Shown: piece by piece, positions 1 through 9,301 of the stretch
How the letters are laid out: each line of letters opens with the position of its first letter
How positions within the stretch are numbered: position 1 is the stretch's first letter
Assembly: GCA_028690055.1 (NCBI GenBank)
Contig: JAQVBZ010000003.1
Coordinates: 7,779 to 71,778 of the forward strand
Direction: 5' to 3'
Length of the DNA stretch: 64,000 nucleotides
From: Minisyncoccota bacterium
Lineage (GTDB): Bacteria; Patescibacteriota; Minisyncoccia; JAHIHE01; JAGLIN01
Position numbers and translations under genes: made by a program
The notes under the pieces: model-generated
Told to the model about the DNA's origin: nothing
Seen by the model: the letters and a program-made list of their open reading frames with translations, nothing else
Database searches by the model: none

Positions 1-45
1 TTATGCCAGAAACGACGCATCGTCTTTTACTGTTTGGAATGTAAT

Positions 46-73
46 GGGATTCTTCGGGGTACCTCAGAATGAC
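46..73. repeat. Solo arm of the REP/MITE-like repeat family (GGGATTCTTCGGGGTACCTCAGAATGACA)
   Basis: 28-nt match to the core CTGAGGTACTCCGAAGGATCCC / reverse complement that recurs about 10 times in the window; it lies just downstream of the minus-strand deacylase gene. Confidence 0.6.
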
Positions 74-126
74 ACGATATCTATAGTTACCAATACCACG
101 ACAAAAATTATCGGGATTCCTTCTTC

Positions 127-1704
127 TTACTTAGAAAGTACCGCACCGGCCAGTTCCCCGGTGTGAACCCCTTTGTCCACGACCAGCTTGCCGTTTATCA
201 CTACATATTCTACGCCTGTCGAATATTGATAAGGATTCTCAAAGCTGGAGCAGTCGTTGATTTTCTGCTCGTCAAAAATCACTATATCTGCAAAATAGTC
301 TTTCTTGAGGAGCCCTCTTTTTGTGATGCCCATCTTCTGAGCAGGAAGAGATGTCATCTTGTAAATCGCCTCCTCCAAGCCGAGAAGTCCTTTCTGCCGA
401 ACGTACTTACCCAGTACGCGAGCGAAAGTGCCGAAACATCGCGGATGTACCAACTCTCCACTTCGAACATATTCGATATTGTACGCGGCATCAGCGGAAG
501 AGATAATACAATACTTGTTCTGCATTTCCTTTTCAATATTCTTCTCTCCCAGGACGCCCTTATCAAACACTATGACATGTCCGCCCGCACTAATCAGGAG
601 TTCAATGATTGCCTCCTCCGGCTCAATGGACTGGCTCTCTGCGATATCGCCGATTTTCCTGCCCACCACTTCGCGCATGTTCGGACAGATAGAAACGATG
701 ATGTTATTGTAATCGCGGTTCATCCCTTTCATTTCTTTCACAATTTTCCCGCGCAGCTCCTGATCCTTCAGGCGTTCAATCATTCTCTTGCGTCCTCCTT
801 CCGGAACCCAATCCGGCAACAAGATATAAAGGACGGAACCGGTGGTATCGTAAGGATAGATATCAAAATTGATGTTAACGCCCTCTTCGTTGGCAAGGTC
901 GATCATCTGAACCGCTCTTTCCATATCAGGCCAATATTTTTTGCCGATCGACTTGAAATGGGATATCTCGATAGAGACTCCAGTCTCCCTGCCGACCTGG
1001 ATAGTCTCATTGACACTGGGCAAAAGCTCCTCCGCCTCACCGCGAATATGGCTAGCGTAACAAGCATCGGCAGATTTCAAAATACCTGTCAGATATTTTA
1101 TTTCTCCGGTACTGGCCATCTTGGAATGAGAAAAAACCAATCCGGTCGACATACCGAAAGCGCCCTCGTTCAAAGCATCGCCCAGCATCTTGCCGATCGA
1201 CTTGACTTCGCTTTCCTTGATTTTCCGTACGTCGTCGCCCATCAACCCTCGACGGAGAGTCTCATGTCCGACCAGAGTTCCGAAATTGAGACCGATATCC
1301 CTTTTCTTCAGTTCCTGCAAAAATTCTTTCGTCCGTGTCCAGTTTACGCTGATATTATCCATATTCACCCACTTGCGCAGCGAACAGACAGAATCAGATC
1401 CCAGCACCGGCGCCAACGACGACCCACAGTTCCCGCCTATGATCGTGGTAACTCCCTGCATTACCTTACTGTCCAATCTCGGAATCGTAAAAAGTGTCCA
1501 AAAGCTATCCGAGTGATCCAAGATGTCAACAAACCCAGGACAAACTATCTTGCCTTTGACATCAATGATTTGTTTCGTCTGGAATTTTCCCGGCAGCTTT
1601 TCCACGGCGGCTATTTTTCCGCCCATGATAGCGATGTCCATATCCGTTCTCTTTGCGCCGGACCCATCGATTACCGTGCCGTTTTTTATGACTAGATCAA
1701 ACAT
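127..1704 (-). CDS. N-acyl-D-amino-acid deacylase (D-aminoacylase)-like amidohydrolase
   Basis: 525-aa ORF. The N-terminus (DLVIKNGTVIDGSG...DIAI.GGKI) and the CPGFVD..H motif, with overall length and layout, fit metal-dependent amidohydrolases of the D-aminoacylase type. Confidence 0.65.
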   Translation of the reverse strand: MFDLVIKNGTVIDGSGAKRTDMDIAIMGGKIAAVEKLPGKFQTKQIIDVKGKIVCPGFVDILDHSDSFWTLFTIPRLDSKVMQGVTTIIGGNCGSSLAPVLGSDSVCSLRKWVNMDNISVNWTRTKEFLQELKKRDIGLNFGTLVGHETLRRGLMGDDVRKIKESEVKSIGKMLGDALNEGAFGMSTGLVFSHSKMASTGEIKYLTGILKSADACYASHIRGEAEELLPSVNETIQVGRETGVSIEISHFKSIGKKYWPDMERAVQMIDLANEEGVNINFDIYPYDTTGSVLYILLPDWVPEGGRKRMIERLKDQELRGKIVKEMKGMNRDYNNIIVSICPNMREVVGRKIGDIAESQSIEPEEAIIELLISAGGHVIVFDKGVLGEKNIEKEMQNKYCIISSADAAYNIEYVRSGELVHPRCFGTFARVLGKYVRQKGLLGLEEAIYKMTSLPAQKMGITKRGLLKKDYFADIVIFDEQKINDCSSFENPYQYSTGVEYVVINGKLVVDKGVHTGELAGAVLSK

Positions 1705-1822
1705 AACATTTTTGTGATTTGATTACCTGTGTTGATTCTATTATACAATCCTTTTTGTTTTTCTTCAATTCTAAAATAGGGGTGTCATAATGAATTCAGC
1801 CGAAGAATAATAAAGAGAATAT

Positions 1823-2899
1823 TTAAAAAGTATAAACCCCGCGCCCCAGAAGTCCAATTACCAAACCGACAGCACACATGAAATAAGAGATAACCCAAAA
1901 ACGCATTACGATTTTGGACTCCGACCAACCCTTAGCTTCAAAATGGTGGTGGATGGGGGCACTGAGAAATACCTTCTTATGCCTGAATTTTTTGGAAGTC
2001 AGTTGGATGATTACCGAAAGCGATTCGATAACAAGGATGAATCCCACGAATGGCAGGATAAGAAAAGAATCCGTGAGCATCGCTACCGTCCCAAGCGTCA
2101 CCCCCAGCGCCATCGATCCTGTGTCGCCCATAAAGAACCGCGCGGGAGGAATATTGAACCAGAGGAATGCCAAGAGGGCTCCGATTATGGCGCCACAAAA
2201 CATTGCAAGCTCTGTCTTGCCCTGCATAAAAGCAATGGCGGCAAAAACTGCGAGAGCCGGGAGGACTACCCCGCCCGCCAGTCCATCCAGACCGTCCGTT
2301 TCATTAAGAGAGAAGGAAGTGGCCACGATGATAAAAATAAACAGCGGGATATACCAGATGCCGATAGTGAGGTCGCCGAACGCCGGGATATGGACTGTGT
2401 CCCAACCGAGACGAAAATAGAACCAGTACGCCCCGACAACCGCCACGAATAGATAAAGTAGCATCCGATCTTTCATACTGAGTCCGCCGCCCTTGGGTCC
2501 GATACGGAATACCCCCATCATATCATCAAGCATCCCCACAATCGCCGCAAGCACCATCAGCCCAATAGGCAGGAAAGTCTCACTCCGATTAAGAAAGTCC
2601 AGCGACTCGAATATAGAGAAGTGAGTTAGTGACGATAGTAGGGAGAAAAGTAGCGCCAATATCAGCACTACCCCCCAAATAATGATTCCGCCCATAGTTG
2701 GTGTGCCACGCTTTTTTTCGTGTAAAGCCGTAAAAACAGGAGTATCTCCATCCGCACGGATCTGTTTGCCAATCTTATATTTATAGAGATAGTGTGTAAG
2801 CAGCGGAGTCAGCGCCATAGCCACGGCGAAAGAAATAGAGGCAATACCGAAGACTCGCACGATTTCATACACGCCGTAAGAACCTTCAAAGGGAATCAT
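1823..2899 (-). CDS. mraY: Phospho-N-acetylmuramoyl-pentapeptide transferase
   Basis: 358 aa and polytopic. Conserved MraY motifs are present: GTPTMGG, DDxxG, NLTDGLDGLAGG, FMGDTGS, and HHHFE near the C-terminus. Confidence 0.9.
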   Translation of the reverse strand: MIPFEGSYGVYEIVRVFGIASISFAVAMALTPLLTHYLYKYKIGKQIRADGDTPVFTALHEKKRGTPTMGGIIIWGVVLILALLFSLLSSLTHFSIFESLDFLNRSETFLPIGLMVLAAIVGMLDDMMGVFRIGPKGGGLSMKDRMLLYLFVAVVGAYWFYFRLGWDTVHIPAFGDLTIGIWYIPLFIFIIVATSFSLNETDGLDGLAGGVVLPALAVFAAIAFMQGKTELAMFCGAIIGALLAFLWFNIPPARFFMGDTGSMALGVTLGTVAMLTDSFLILPFVGFILVIESLSVIIQLTSKKFRHKKVFLSAPIHHHFEAKGWSESKIVMRFWVISYFMCAVGLVIGLLGRGVYTF

Positions 2900-2913
2900 A
2901 AGTAGAATTTTAG

Positions 2914-3321
2914 CTATTTAACTTTTTTAATGCTAGCATCCATGAATCTTTTGTCAATCAAAAAAACCGATAAAAATATGCCCAGGCTGTCTATTGTCAC
3001 GTCCACCGCGTTACCGCTACGGCCGGAAATAAAAGTCTGGTGGTATTCGTCACTAAGCGCGAAAGTGAGCGCAAAAAGCGCAGCGTACGCGATAGCCCGC
3101 CGCCTGCCGATATTCTGCGCCGCCGCCCGATAAAAAAGGAAGGTGAGGACAGCGTACTCCGTGATATGAGCAATCTTGCGCAGGATCAAATCCCAATTAT
3201 CGGCAAAGTCGCTGCGCAAACTGGGAATACTGGAAAGGTAAAATATGCCTGCGCACCAGAAAAAAACCGGAAGCCAATAAAAGATTATCGATCGCTTTTG
3301 TTTTTTGTTTAGCGCAATCAT
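2914..3321 (-). CDS. VanZ-family membrane protein
   Basis: 135 aa with 4 TM helices. The central motif 'RKIAHITEYAVLTFLFYRA' and the C-terminal 'DEYHQTFISGRSGNAVDVTIDSLG' are characteristic of VanZ-like proteins. Confidence 0.65.
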   Translation of the reverse strand: MIALNKKQKRSIIFYWLPVFFWCAGIFYLSSIPSLRSDFADNWDLILRKIAHITEYAVLTFLFYRAAAQNIGRRRAIAYAALFALTFALSDEYHQTFISGRSGNAVDVTIDSLGIFLSVFLIDKRFMDASIKKVK

Positions 3322-4472
3322 GAATTATAAATTATTCCATAAATTATACCGGAGAGATAAACGAGTATCATCAAAAAAGACATCCCTTTGGAAATGTTGA
3401 TTTCATATTCTGGCCTGCGATCGCCTTTTTCTTTCGCATTATAGAAGATAAGAATGATTAAGATGCCTACAAGTCCACCGGTCACGCTTCCGGTAAAAGT
3501 TATAACCCGGATAAAATCCCGATACCCGATAAGAAAAAATAAATAGGGAACGATGGACGCCAAAAACCAAGATGAATCTTCTTTCATCCGATAATCGTAT
3601 TGAAAAATCTCCTTCAGTGCAACATTGGAAACGAGATAAGAGGTGATTGTTGCCAAAAACCCGAGAAAAAAACCGGCAACAATAACTCCGTCACCGATAA
3701 AGTGACTAAGCCCGACAAAAGATTCTTCGGAAGTCAGATCGCCCGTCACACCCACTATGGCCGCGATGAAAATAACATAAATCAAAGTATAGAGAATTGT
3801 CCCCCAAGTAAGCACCTTCTTAATCCTATTTTTTCTTTTTGAAATGATGCTAATAATCTCCGGGACTGCTGAGCTTGCCCCCAATGAAAAAAGTATGACA
3901 CCGAAAGGCAGAAAAAACTGAGTAAAATCACTGGTCATATAATTCCCAGTATCGATATAGGGGGCACTCTTAAATGATACCACCCCGACAATCACGACCA
4001 AGAGCAATACCATCCACGACTCTACCAAGCTGAAAATCTTAAAATCAAAACGAGTAACGATAAAAATAAAAACAAAAGTTAAGGTGGAATATAAAAATTC
4101 ATCTCCTCCAAGAGAGGGCGAAAGAAGTGAATTCAGGAAAATACCGGACAAGATGATATAGACCATATTGCCGGAATAAAAAGACAAGAAAGAAGCAAAG
4201 GAAGCAAGTTGTTTGCCGGTTCCACCCAAATATCTTTTTGCACAGCCCACCAGTCGGCAGCGTTTTTTGCTGCGAAGGATTATCTCCCCATACATAAGAT
4301 TGGTCACCAGCATCATCACGCCCAGAAGAAACATCAGGGCCATCGAAGGAAGAAATCCCGCCTTTGCTATTACATACGGCAGACCAAAAATTCCCGCGCC
4401 TATTGCAGTCCCGATCAGAGTGGCCATCGCCATCAGAAATTCTTTATCTATCAATCTTCCCTTTTTTGCCAT
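3318..4472 (-). CDS. Polytopic membrane transporter (aromatic amino acid/Trp-Tyr permease-like)
   Basis: 384 aa with about 11 predicted TM helices. The stop overlaps the VanZ start. Family assignment rests only on size and topology. Confidence 0.35.
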   Translation of the reverse strand: MAKKGRLIDKEFLMAMATLIGTAIGAGIFGLPYVIAKAGFLPSMALMFLLGVMMLVTNLMYGEIILRSKKRCRLVGCAKRYLGGTGKQLASFASFLSFYSGNMVYIILSGIFLNSLLSPSLGGDEFLYSTLTFVFIFIVTRFDFKIFSLVESWMVLLLVVIVGVVSFKSAPYIDTGNYMTSDFTQFFLPFGVILFSLGASSAVPEIISIISKRKNRIKKVLTWGTILYTLIYVIFIAAIVGVTGDLTSEESFVGLSHFIGDGVIVAGFFLGFLATITSYLVSNVALKEIFQYDYRMKEDSSWFLASIVPYLFFLIGYRDFIRVITFTGSVTGGLVGILIILIFYNAKEKGDRRPEYEINISKGMSFLMILVYLSGIIYGIIYNS

Positions 4473-4651
4473 TATGACTTTTTATTTTTATTTTACACAA
4501 GGAATGCTCACGTATGGAGTAGTAGACTTTAGTCTGCGCTGCTGTCCGATGCGGATAAAACGTGTTAATGCGACATTTTTTTCGGCTTGGGACAGTCGCG
4601 CGGGATAAATCCCGCTAATATCCCGTCCGTTCACCACAAATAAACCGATCA

Positions 4652-5440
4652 CTATTCAATGATATCCACCTTCACAATCTCATCCCCCTGCTGCATGCCC
4701 TGCACAACTTCTTGTCCTTCCAATACCTGTCCGAAGACGGTGTGCTTACCGTTAAGATGCGGCTGATCCGCCACTGTGACGATAAAAAACTGGCTGCCAT
4801 TGGTATTTGGTCCGGAATTGGCCATCGCCAATGCACCCACGGTCATCTGGTGCGAAGTCAAATCTTTGTTATACACGTATCCAGCGCTTTCATAAGAATT
4901 GATAAGCGAGTCACTGAGCCCCAAGCTCCAAGGATTGATTTCGTCCCCAAAGGAATAGCCGGGGCCTCCTGTGCCGGCGATAGGCAGATTATTGGGATTG
5001 TCATTCGCGTCATAAACGAAATCCACGCCTGCCGTGCCTCTGGAATTCGGATCCCCACCTTGAATCATAAATTCGGAAATCACGCGGTGAAATTTGAGAC
5101 CGTCATAAAAACCTTCTTTGGATAGTTTAAGGAAATTCTCCACGGTCTTGGGAGCGTCTTTGGCATAGAGCTCCAGAGTGATATCGCCATGTGTCGTTTC
5201 CATCACAACTTTCTTATTCTCTACGGATTGATTTTCGGTTGATTGTTCCATTTGATTATTTTTTTCCTGTTGGTTAGCTTCATTCTTATTAAACGCGATA
5301 TAAGATTCGTAAGCGGCCACCACTAGCAACAAGAGCAATAGCGCAAATACCTTGTTCTTTTTCTTGTTCTCTTTTTGCGCTACTTCCATTTCTTTTTGCG
5401 CTTCTTTTCTCTGAAGCTTCAACTTCTCTTTTCTTCCCAT
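4652..5440 (-). CDS. Peptidyl-prolyl cis-trans isomerase, cyclophilin type, membrane-anchored
   Basis: Lys/Glu-rich N-terminus, then one TM helix (FALLLLLLVVAAY), then a cyclophilin domain (HGDITLELY..APKTVENF...FHRVI..FMIQGGDP). Confidence 0.85.
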   Translation of the reverse strand: MGRKEKLKLQRKEAQKEMEVAQKENKKKNKVFALLLLLLVVAAYESYIAFNKNEANQQEKNNQMEQSTENQSVENKKVVMETTHGDITLELYAKDAPKTVENFLKLSKEGFYDGLKFHRVISEFMIQGGDPNSRGTAGVDFVYDANDNPNNLPIAGTGGPGYSFGDEINPWSLGLSDSLINSYESAGYVYNKDLTSHQMTVGALAMANSGPNTNGSQFFIVTVADQPHLNGKHTVFGQVLEGQEVVQGMQQGDEIVKVDIIE

Positions 5441-5504
5441 AGTTTGTGATATTAATGTTTAATGGATATTCTCTCCTTGCATGCAACCGACCGACAGCCT
5501 AAAC

Positions 5505-5850
5505 ATAATTATCGGTTATTTCCTCTTTCCTCTTTTTTTCTCTTCTCTTCTTCCTTCTCCTTGCGCATCATTTTAATACCTTCCAGAGTCAGCCAGATTG
5601 GCATGAAGAGGTTCAGATATTTTTCATACAAACCTTCGTATTCCTTTTTTGCCATATTTTTATCAAATTAATTTTTCATAACCGACTATCGGTTATTTCC
5701 TCTTTCCTCTTTTTTTCTCTTCTCTTCCTCCTTCTCCTTGCGCATCATTTTAATACCTTCCAGAGTCAGCCAGATTGGCATGAAGAGCTCTAAATATCTT
5801 TCATATAAACCCTCAGTTTCCTTTTTCTTGCCTACTCTTGTCCACATATT
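5505..5850. repeat. Tandem direct duplication (2 x ~165-180 bp, about 90% identical), each copy carrying a 48-53-codon ORF on the minus strand
   Basis: Units 5509-5655 and 5686-5847 share the polypyrimidine tract ...ggttatttcctctttcctctttttttctc... and ...gcgcatcattttaataccttccagagtcagccagattggcatgaaga.... On the minus strand they translate to MAKKEYEGLYEKYLNLFMPIWLTLEGIKMMRKEKEEEKRKKEERGNNR and MWTRVGKKKETEGLYERYLELFMPIWLTLEGIKMMRKEKEEEKRKKEERGNNR. Confidence 0.8.
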
Positions 5851-5854
5851 TTGA

Positions 5855-8701
5855 TCAAATTTGTTTCAATTGTTCCACTTCAACACGAAAAGTGTCGCCG
5901 CGCTTGATATTGCCCTTAAGGAATTCCACGGCGATGAGATTCTCCAGCTTCTCCTGCATGGTTCGTTGTAAGAATCTCGCCCCATACTCCGCATTATACC
6001 CGACTTCTACCAAATAAGAAACCGCTTCGTCGCTGAGCTCGACTTTGATGCCCTGCGCCTCGTCCAGTCTCTTAGCGAGACCCTTGATCTGCAGTTGAGC
6101 GATCAGGAGTAAATTCCGCGGCGTAAGGGAGTGAAAAACGATCTTATCCGTGAAGCGATTCAGGAATTCTGGAGTAAAGTACTGCAAGAGGTAAGGATCC
6201 AGCATCTCTAAGATTCTATCATTATCACTATTCTCGTCAACAAATATCTTGCTCACCTCTTTGCTTCCGGCGTTGGAAGTGGCGATAATTATGGCGTTGG
6301 TAAAATCCACCGTCCGCCCCAGATTATCCGTCAGCCGCCCGTCGTCAAAAACTTGCAAAAAAAGGTTCAGAACATTCTTGTTCGCCTTCTCCAATTCGTC
6401 CAAGAGCAATAGAGAGAACGGATTGCGTTTGACCGCCTCGGTCAGGATACCGCCACCGGCATTATCATCACTGCCTTCCGAAGAAGAATAGCCAATCAGT
6501 TTTTCCACACTGTCCACCGTCTGATATTCGCTCATATCCAGCCGGATCATCGCTTCTTCATTGCCATAATAAATCTCCGCCAGCGCTTTGGCAAGCTCGG
6601 TCTTACCCACCCCGGTCGGCCCTATGAATAAAAATGCTCCGATAGGGCGGTTTTGCAATTTCATCCCCACCCGCACCCGACGAATAGCTGAAGACACGGA
6701 CTTGATTGCCTGATCCTGCCCGATAACCCGCCGATGCAGACTCTCTTCCAGATTCAAAAGTTTTTCCGCCTCGTTAGAATTTATACTCTCCAGAGGAATG
6801 CCGGTTTTTTCCGTAATGATTTTCATGATATCCTCGTCGCGCAGTGTCTGCCCCTCGCCCCGGCGACGTACCTCTACGGCTGTTTCCGAGAGCAAATCGA
6901 TCGCCTTGCCGGGCAGCAAACGGTCGGGGAGATATCGATTGGAAAGTTCCACTGTTTTCTTGATAGCGCCGTAAGTCATTGTCACGCCCTCTCGTGCCTC
7001 GATATATCCCGCTTGGATAGCCAGGACCTGGAGTGCGTCTTTCTCGTTAAGTTCCTCCACTTTCACTGTATCAAAACCGTTAGCAAAATCGCCGCGCGGT
7101 TCAATGAAGCGATGATAATTACGATAATCGGTCGAGCCGATAATTTGAAAAAGTCCTTGTGAAAGGATAGGAGACAAAATTTTGGAAGCGTCGAATCCTT
7201 CCCCGTTTCCCGCCGCCGCCAGATTATGAATATCGGGAATATATAAAATAATGTTCCCGCCGCGTCCCATATCTTCCAAAACTTTTTGAATCCTCAGCTC
7301 CAGGTCTCCGCCAGCGCTAGCCCCCGCAATCAATGCGGTAATATCCAACACCACCAGTCTCTTGTCGCGCAGCGTCGGCAGGACCTCGTCGTGGATCATC
7401 CGGTTGGCCAATGCTTTGACAATCGTGGTGCGTCCGCTACCCTCCTCGCCGACAAGTAACGCATTGTTCTGACTGGTTCTTTCCAAAATCCGCATCAGTT
7501 CGTCCAGCTCTCTACTGCGATTAACGACATTTCCTGTCAGCCCCGAACGGGCGCGATCAGTCATATCGTAACTGAATTGATCTAGCTCGGGAGTAGTGCG
7601 CGCCGTCCAAGCTTTATTCATTACCGTATGTGTAATCTTACGCGGACGCCCATTTCCTATTCGCACCTTGCCCAAACTCCTCGTCCAAAGCAAGGCGCTG
7701 CGGATGTCCTGTAAATCAAATTTGGCATCGTGAAAATATTTTTCCATATCTTGGTCACAGAAAAGCGCGAGAAAAAGTGCTTCCGGCTCGATCATATCGA
7801 AACCCGCGATTATACTTTCCTGCAGCGCGAAAATCGCGAGCTGCTTCATTTCCGGGCTCATCACGGTCCCTTTCTTTCTGTTGTAATGATCGTTTGTAGG
7901 CAGATGCTTAATGGCATCGTCCAAAAACGCACCGAAAGCCTTAGTATCTATTTCCATTCTCATCGTCAAACTCCTGATATCATCATCTCCCAGCAGAACT
8001 CTCGCCAGATGAAAAACACCGGGGGCCTGCGCATGATCGTGCGCCAGATCCAATGCTTTCTTCAACATGCCGAGCGTCGAAACGGAGGCGAAGGCGGACA
8101 CGTCTATGGCTTTTTCCAGCTTGGCAGGATTTTCCTCATAGAAAGGCTTGAATTCTGTATCTGTAAGACTGATTTCCTTGCGGGAAAGATCGGCGGTTCG
8201 GGCAAAATAATAACAGCACATCGCGCCCAAAAGGCCCGACCAAAAAAGCAGAGTTCCCACTCCCCGCTCCGTAAAAATCACACCGAGAGCCTCTACAATA
8301 TTCAAAGCGAAATAATAGGCGGCAATAACAAGGGCGCCGAAGATATCATCCTTCGCAAGACGAACCGAGTCTACATCGCTTTTGAAACTCACAAAAAAAT
8401 CCCCATTTTGAGAAACAATGAAGAAAACTCCGTAAATCAGGGCTGCGAACGCCAAGAAATAAGAGAGGAATCGCGCCGAAGATTGCAGCGCGTGACCGAA
8501 CAATCGGAAAAAAGAAAGATTTCCCGACAAGTCAGAACCCCAGAAATAATCCCCCGCGCCGCGGACGCGCAACAAAACTCCGCCGCCATCGCAGGTAGGA
8601 CATTTCGACCCGTTATCCCGAAATCCGTCAGCCTGACATTCGGGGCACCGGATCACTTCCGACACGGCTTGATTCTCTTGTTTTCCTTGTTCCTCTGGCA
8701 T
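5855..8701 (-). CDS. Hsp100/Clp-family AAA+ ATPase with N-terminal zinc ribbon and transmembrane anchor (ClpA/ClpC-like; degenerate D1, canonical D2)
   Basis: 948 aa. An N-terminal C4 zinc ribbon (CPEC...CPTC) is followed by 3 hydrophobic helices, two Clp_N repeats (HLARVLLGDD / EALFLALFCDQD), a degenerate D1 (P-loop GEEGSGRTT, no Walker B Glu), the RYLPDRLLPGKAIDLL linker, a canonical D2 (GPTGVGKT, LLLDELEKA) and a GARFLQR C-terminal small domain. Confidence 0.85.
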   Translation of the reverse strand: MPEEQGKQENQAVSEVIRCPECQADGFRDNGSKCPTCDGGGVLLRVRGAGDYFWGSDLSGNLSFFRLFGHALQSSARFLSYFLAFAALIYGVFFIVSQNGDFFVSFKSDVDSVRLAKDDIFGALVIAAYYFALNIVEALGVIFTERGVGTLLFWSGLLGAMCCYYFARTADLSRKEISLTDTEFKPFYEENPAKLEKAIDVSAFASVSTLGMLKKALDLAHDHAQAPGVFHLARVLLGDDDIRSLTMRMEIDTKAFGAFLDDAIKHLPTNDHYNRKKGTVMSPEMKQLAIFALQESIIAGFDMIEPEALFLALFCDQDMEKYFHDAKFDLQDIRSALLWTRSLGKVRIGNGRPRKITHTVMNKAWTARTTPELDQFSYDMTDRARSGLTGNVVNRSRELDELMRILERTSQNNALLVGEEGSGRTTIVKALANRMIHDEVLPTLRDKRLVVLDITALIAGASAGGDLELRIQKVLEDMGRGGNIILYIPDIHNLAAAGNGEGFDASKILSPILSQGLFQIIGSTDYRNYHRFIEPRGDFANGFDTVKVEELNEKDALQVLAIQAGYIEAREGVTMTYGAIKKTVELSNRYLPDRLLPGKAIDLLSETAVEVRRRGEGQTLRDEDIMKIITEKTGIPLESINSNEAEKLLNLEESLHRRVIGQDQAIKSVSSAIRRVRVGMKLQNRPIGAFLFIGPTGVGKTELAKALAEIYYGNEEAMIRLDMSEYQTVDSVEKLIGYSSSEGSDDNAGGGILTEAVKRNPFSLLLLDELEKANKNVLNLFLQVFDDGRLTDNLGRTVDFTNAIIIATSNAGSKEVSKIFVDENSDNDRILEMLDPYLLQYFTPEFLNRFTDKIVFHSLTPRNLLLIAQLQIKGLAKRLDEAQGIKVELSDEAVSYLVEVGYNAEYGARFLQRTMQEKLENLIAVEFLKGNIKRGDTFRVEVEQLKQI

Positions 8702-8710
8702 TGCAAAAAA

Positions 8711-9079
8711 TTATCCGACTAAAAGATAAAACAGGTTTTCCCAAAACATCACGAGCGCGACAGGAGGAAGTAATAGCCAGAGAGCGTAGCAGGCGATAAT
8801 AAGAAACGAAAGAAAAATTGCGAGTAGAATCCCGAAAAACACCCGGCACAGACGAAAAATCGGACCAATCAACTTGCCGATAAGGGAATAATCGCCATAG
8901 ATGGGCTGAAAGATCAGTTTCAGATTGATTAAGACACCAATATCCCTCCCCACACCCTTAATCATATTTACTTCCCTGTGCCAGAAATCTTGCGATCCCC
9001 GAACATACCAAAAAGACAAAAAGCCTGATATGCCTTTGAAGATTCGAAAAGGTGATAAGATAAAAGAGTCAGTTGCCAT
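8711..9079 (-). CDS. Small hypothetical membrane protein
   Basis: 122-aa ORF with two hydrophobic segments, immediately upstream of the Clp gene on the same strand; no recognisable family. Confidence 0.35.
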   Translation of the reverse strand: MATDSFILSPFRIFKGISGFLSFWYVRGSQDFWHREVNMIKGVGRDIGVLINLKLIFQPIYGDYSLIGKLIGPIFRLCRVFFGILLAIFLSFLIIACYALWLLLPPVALVMFWENLFYLLVG

Positions 9080-9301
9080 GGAAATGGATTTTAGAGGGGT
9101 ATCGTATTATTATCAAAAATAAACACCGTCATCCTATTGTGTTCAAAGATGACACAGAATATACTGCAAGATATAACGAAACAGGAAAAAACAAATTATC
9201 CCGGATCAGGTTAATCTGATATAATTAACCGAAGAGTAAACGCAAAAAACGAGAGTAACCTTGAGTTCATTATACCATAAATTATTATTTTACTTAAATA
9301 G

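Noticed and set aside
163-1695. 510-aa plus-strand ORF fully antisense to the deacylase gene. Similar long antisense ORFs lie inside clpB (7730-8722), pheT (25048-25791), the P-type ATPase (54663-55550) and the ABC permease (61825-62196)
   Set aside because: These are shadow ORFs on the opposite strand of well-supported genes. Their translations are low-complexity with no motifs. Such ORFs are typical of open antisense frames in moderately AT-rich coding DNA.
5505-5850. Possibility that the tandem 165-180-bp direct repeats form a CRISPR array
   Set aside because: There are only two units. They are far longer than CRISPR repeats, have no spacer-repeat periodicity and no cas genes. This is a simple tandem duplication.
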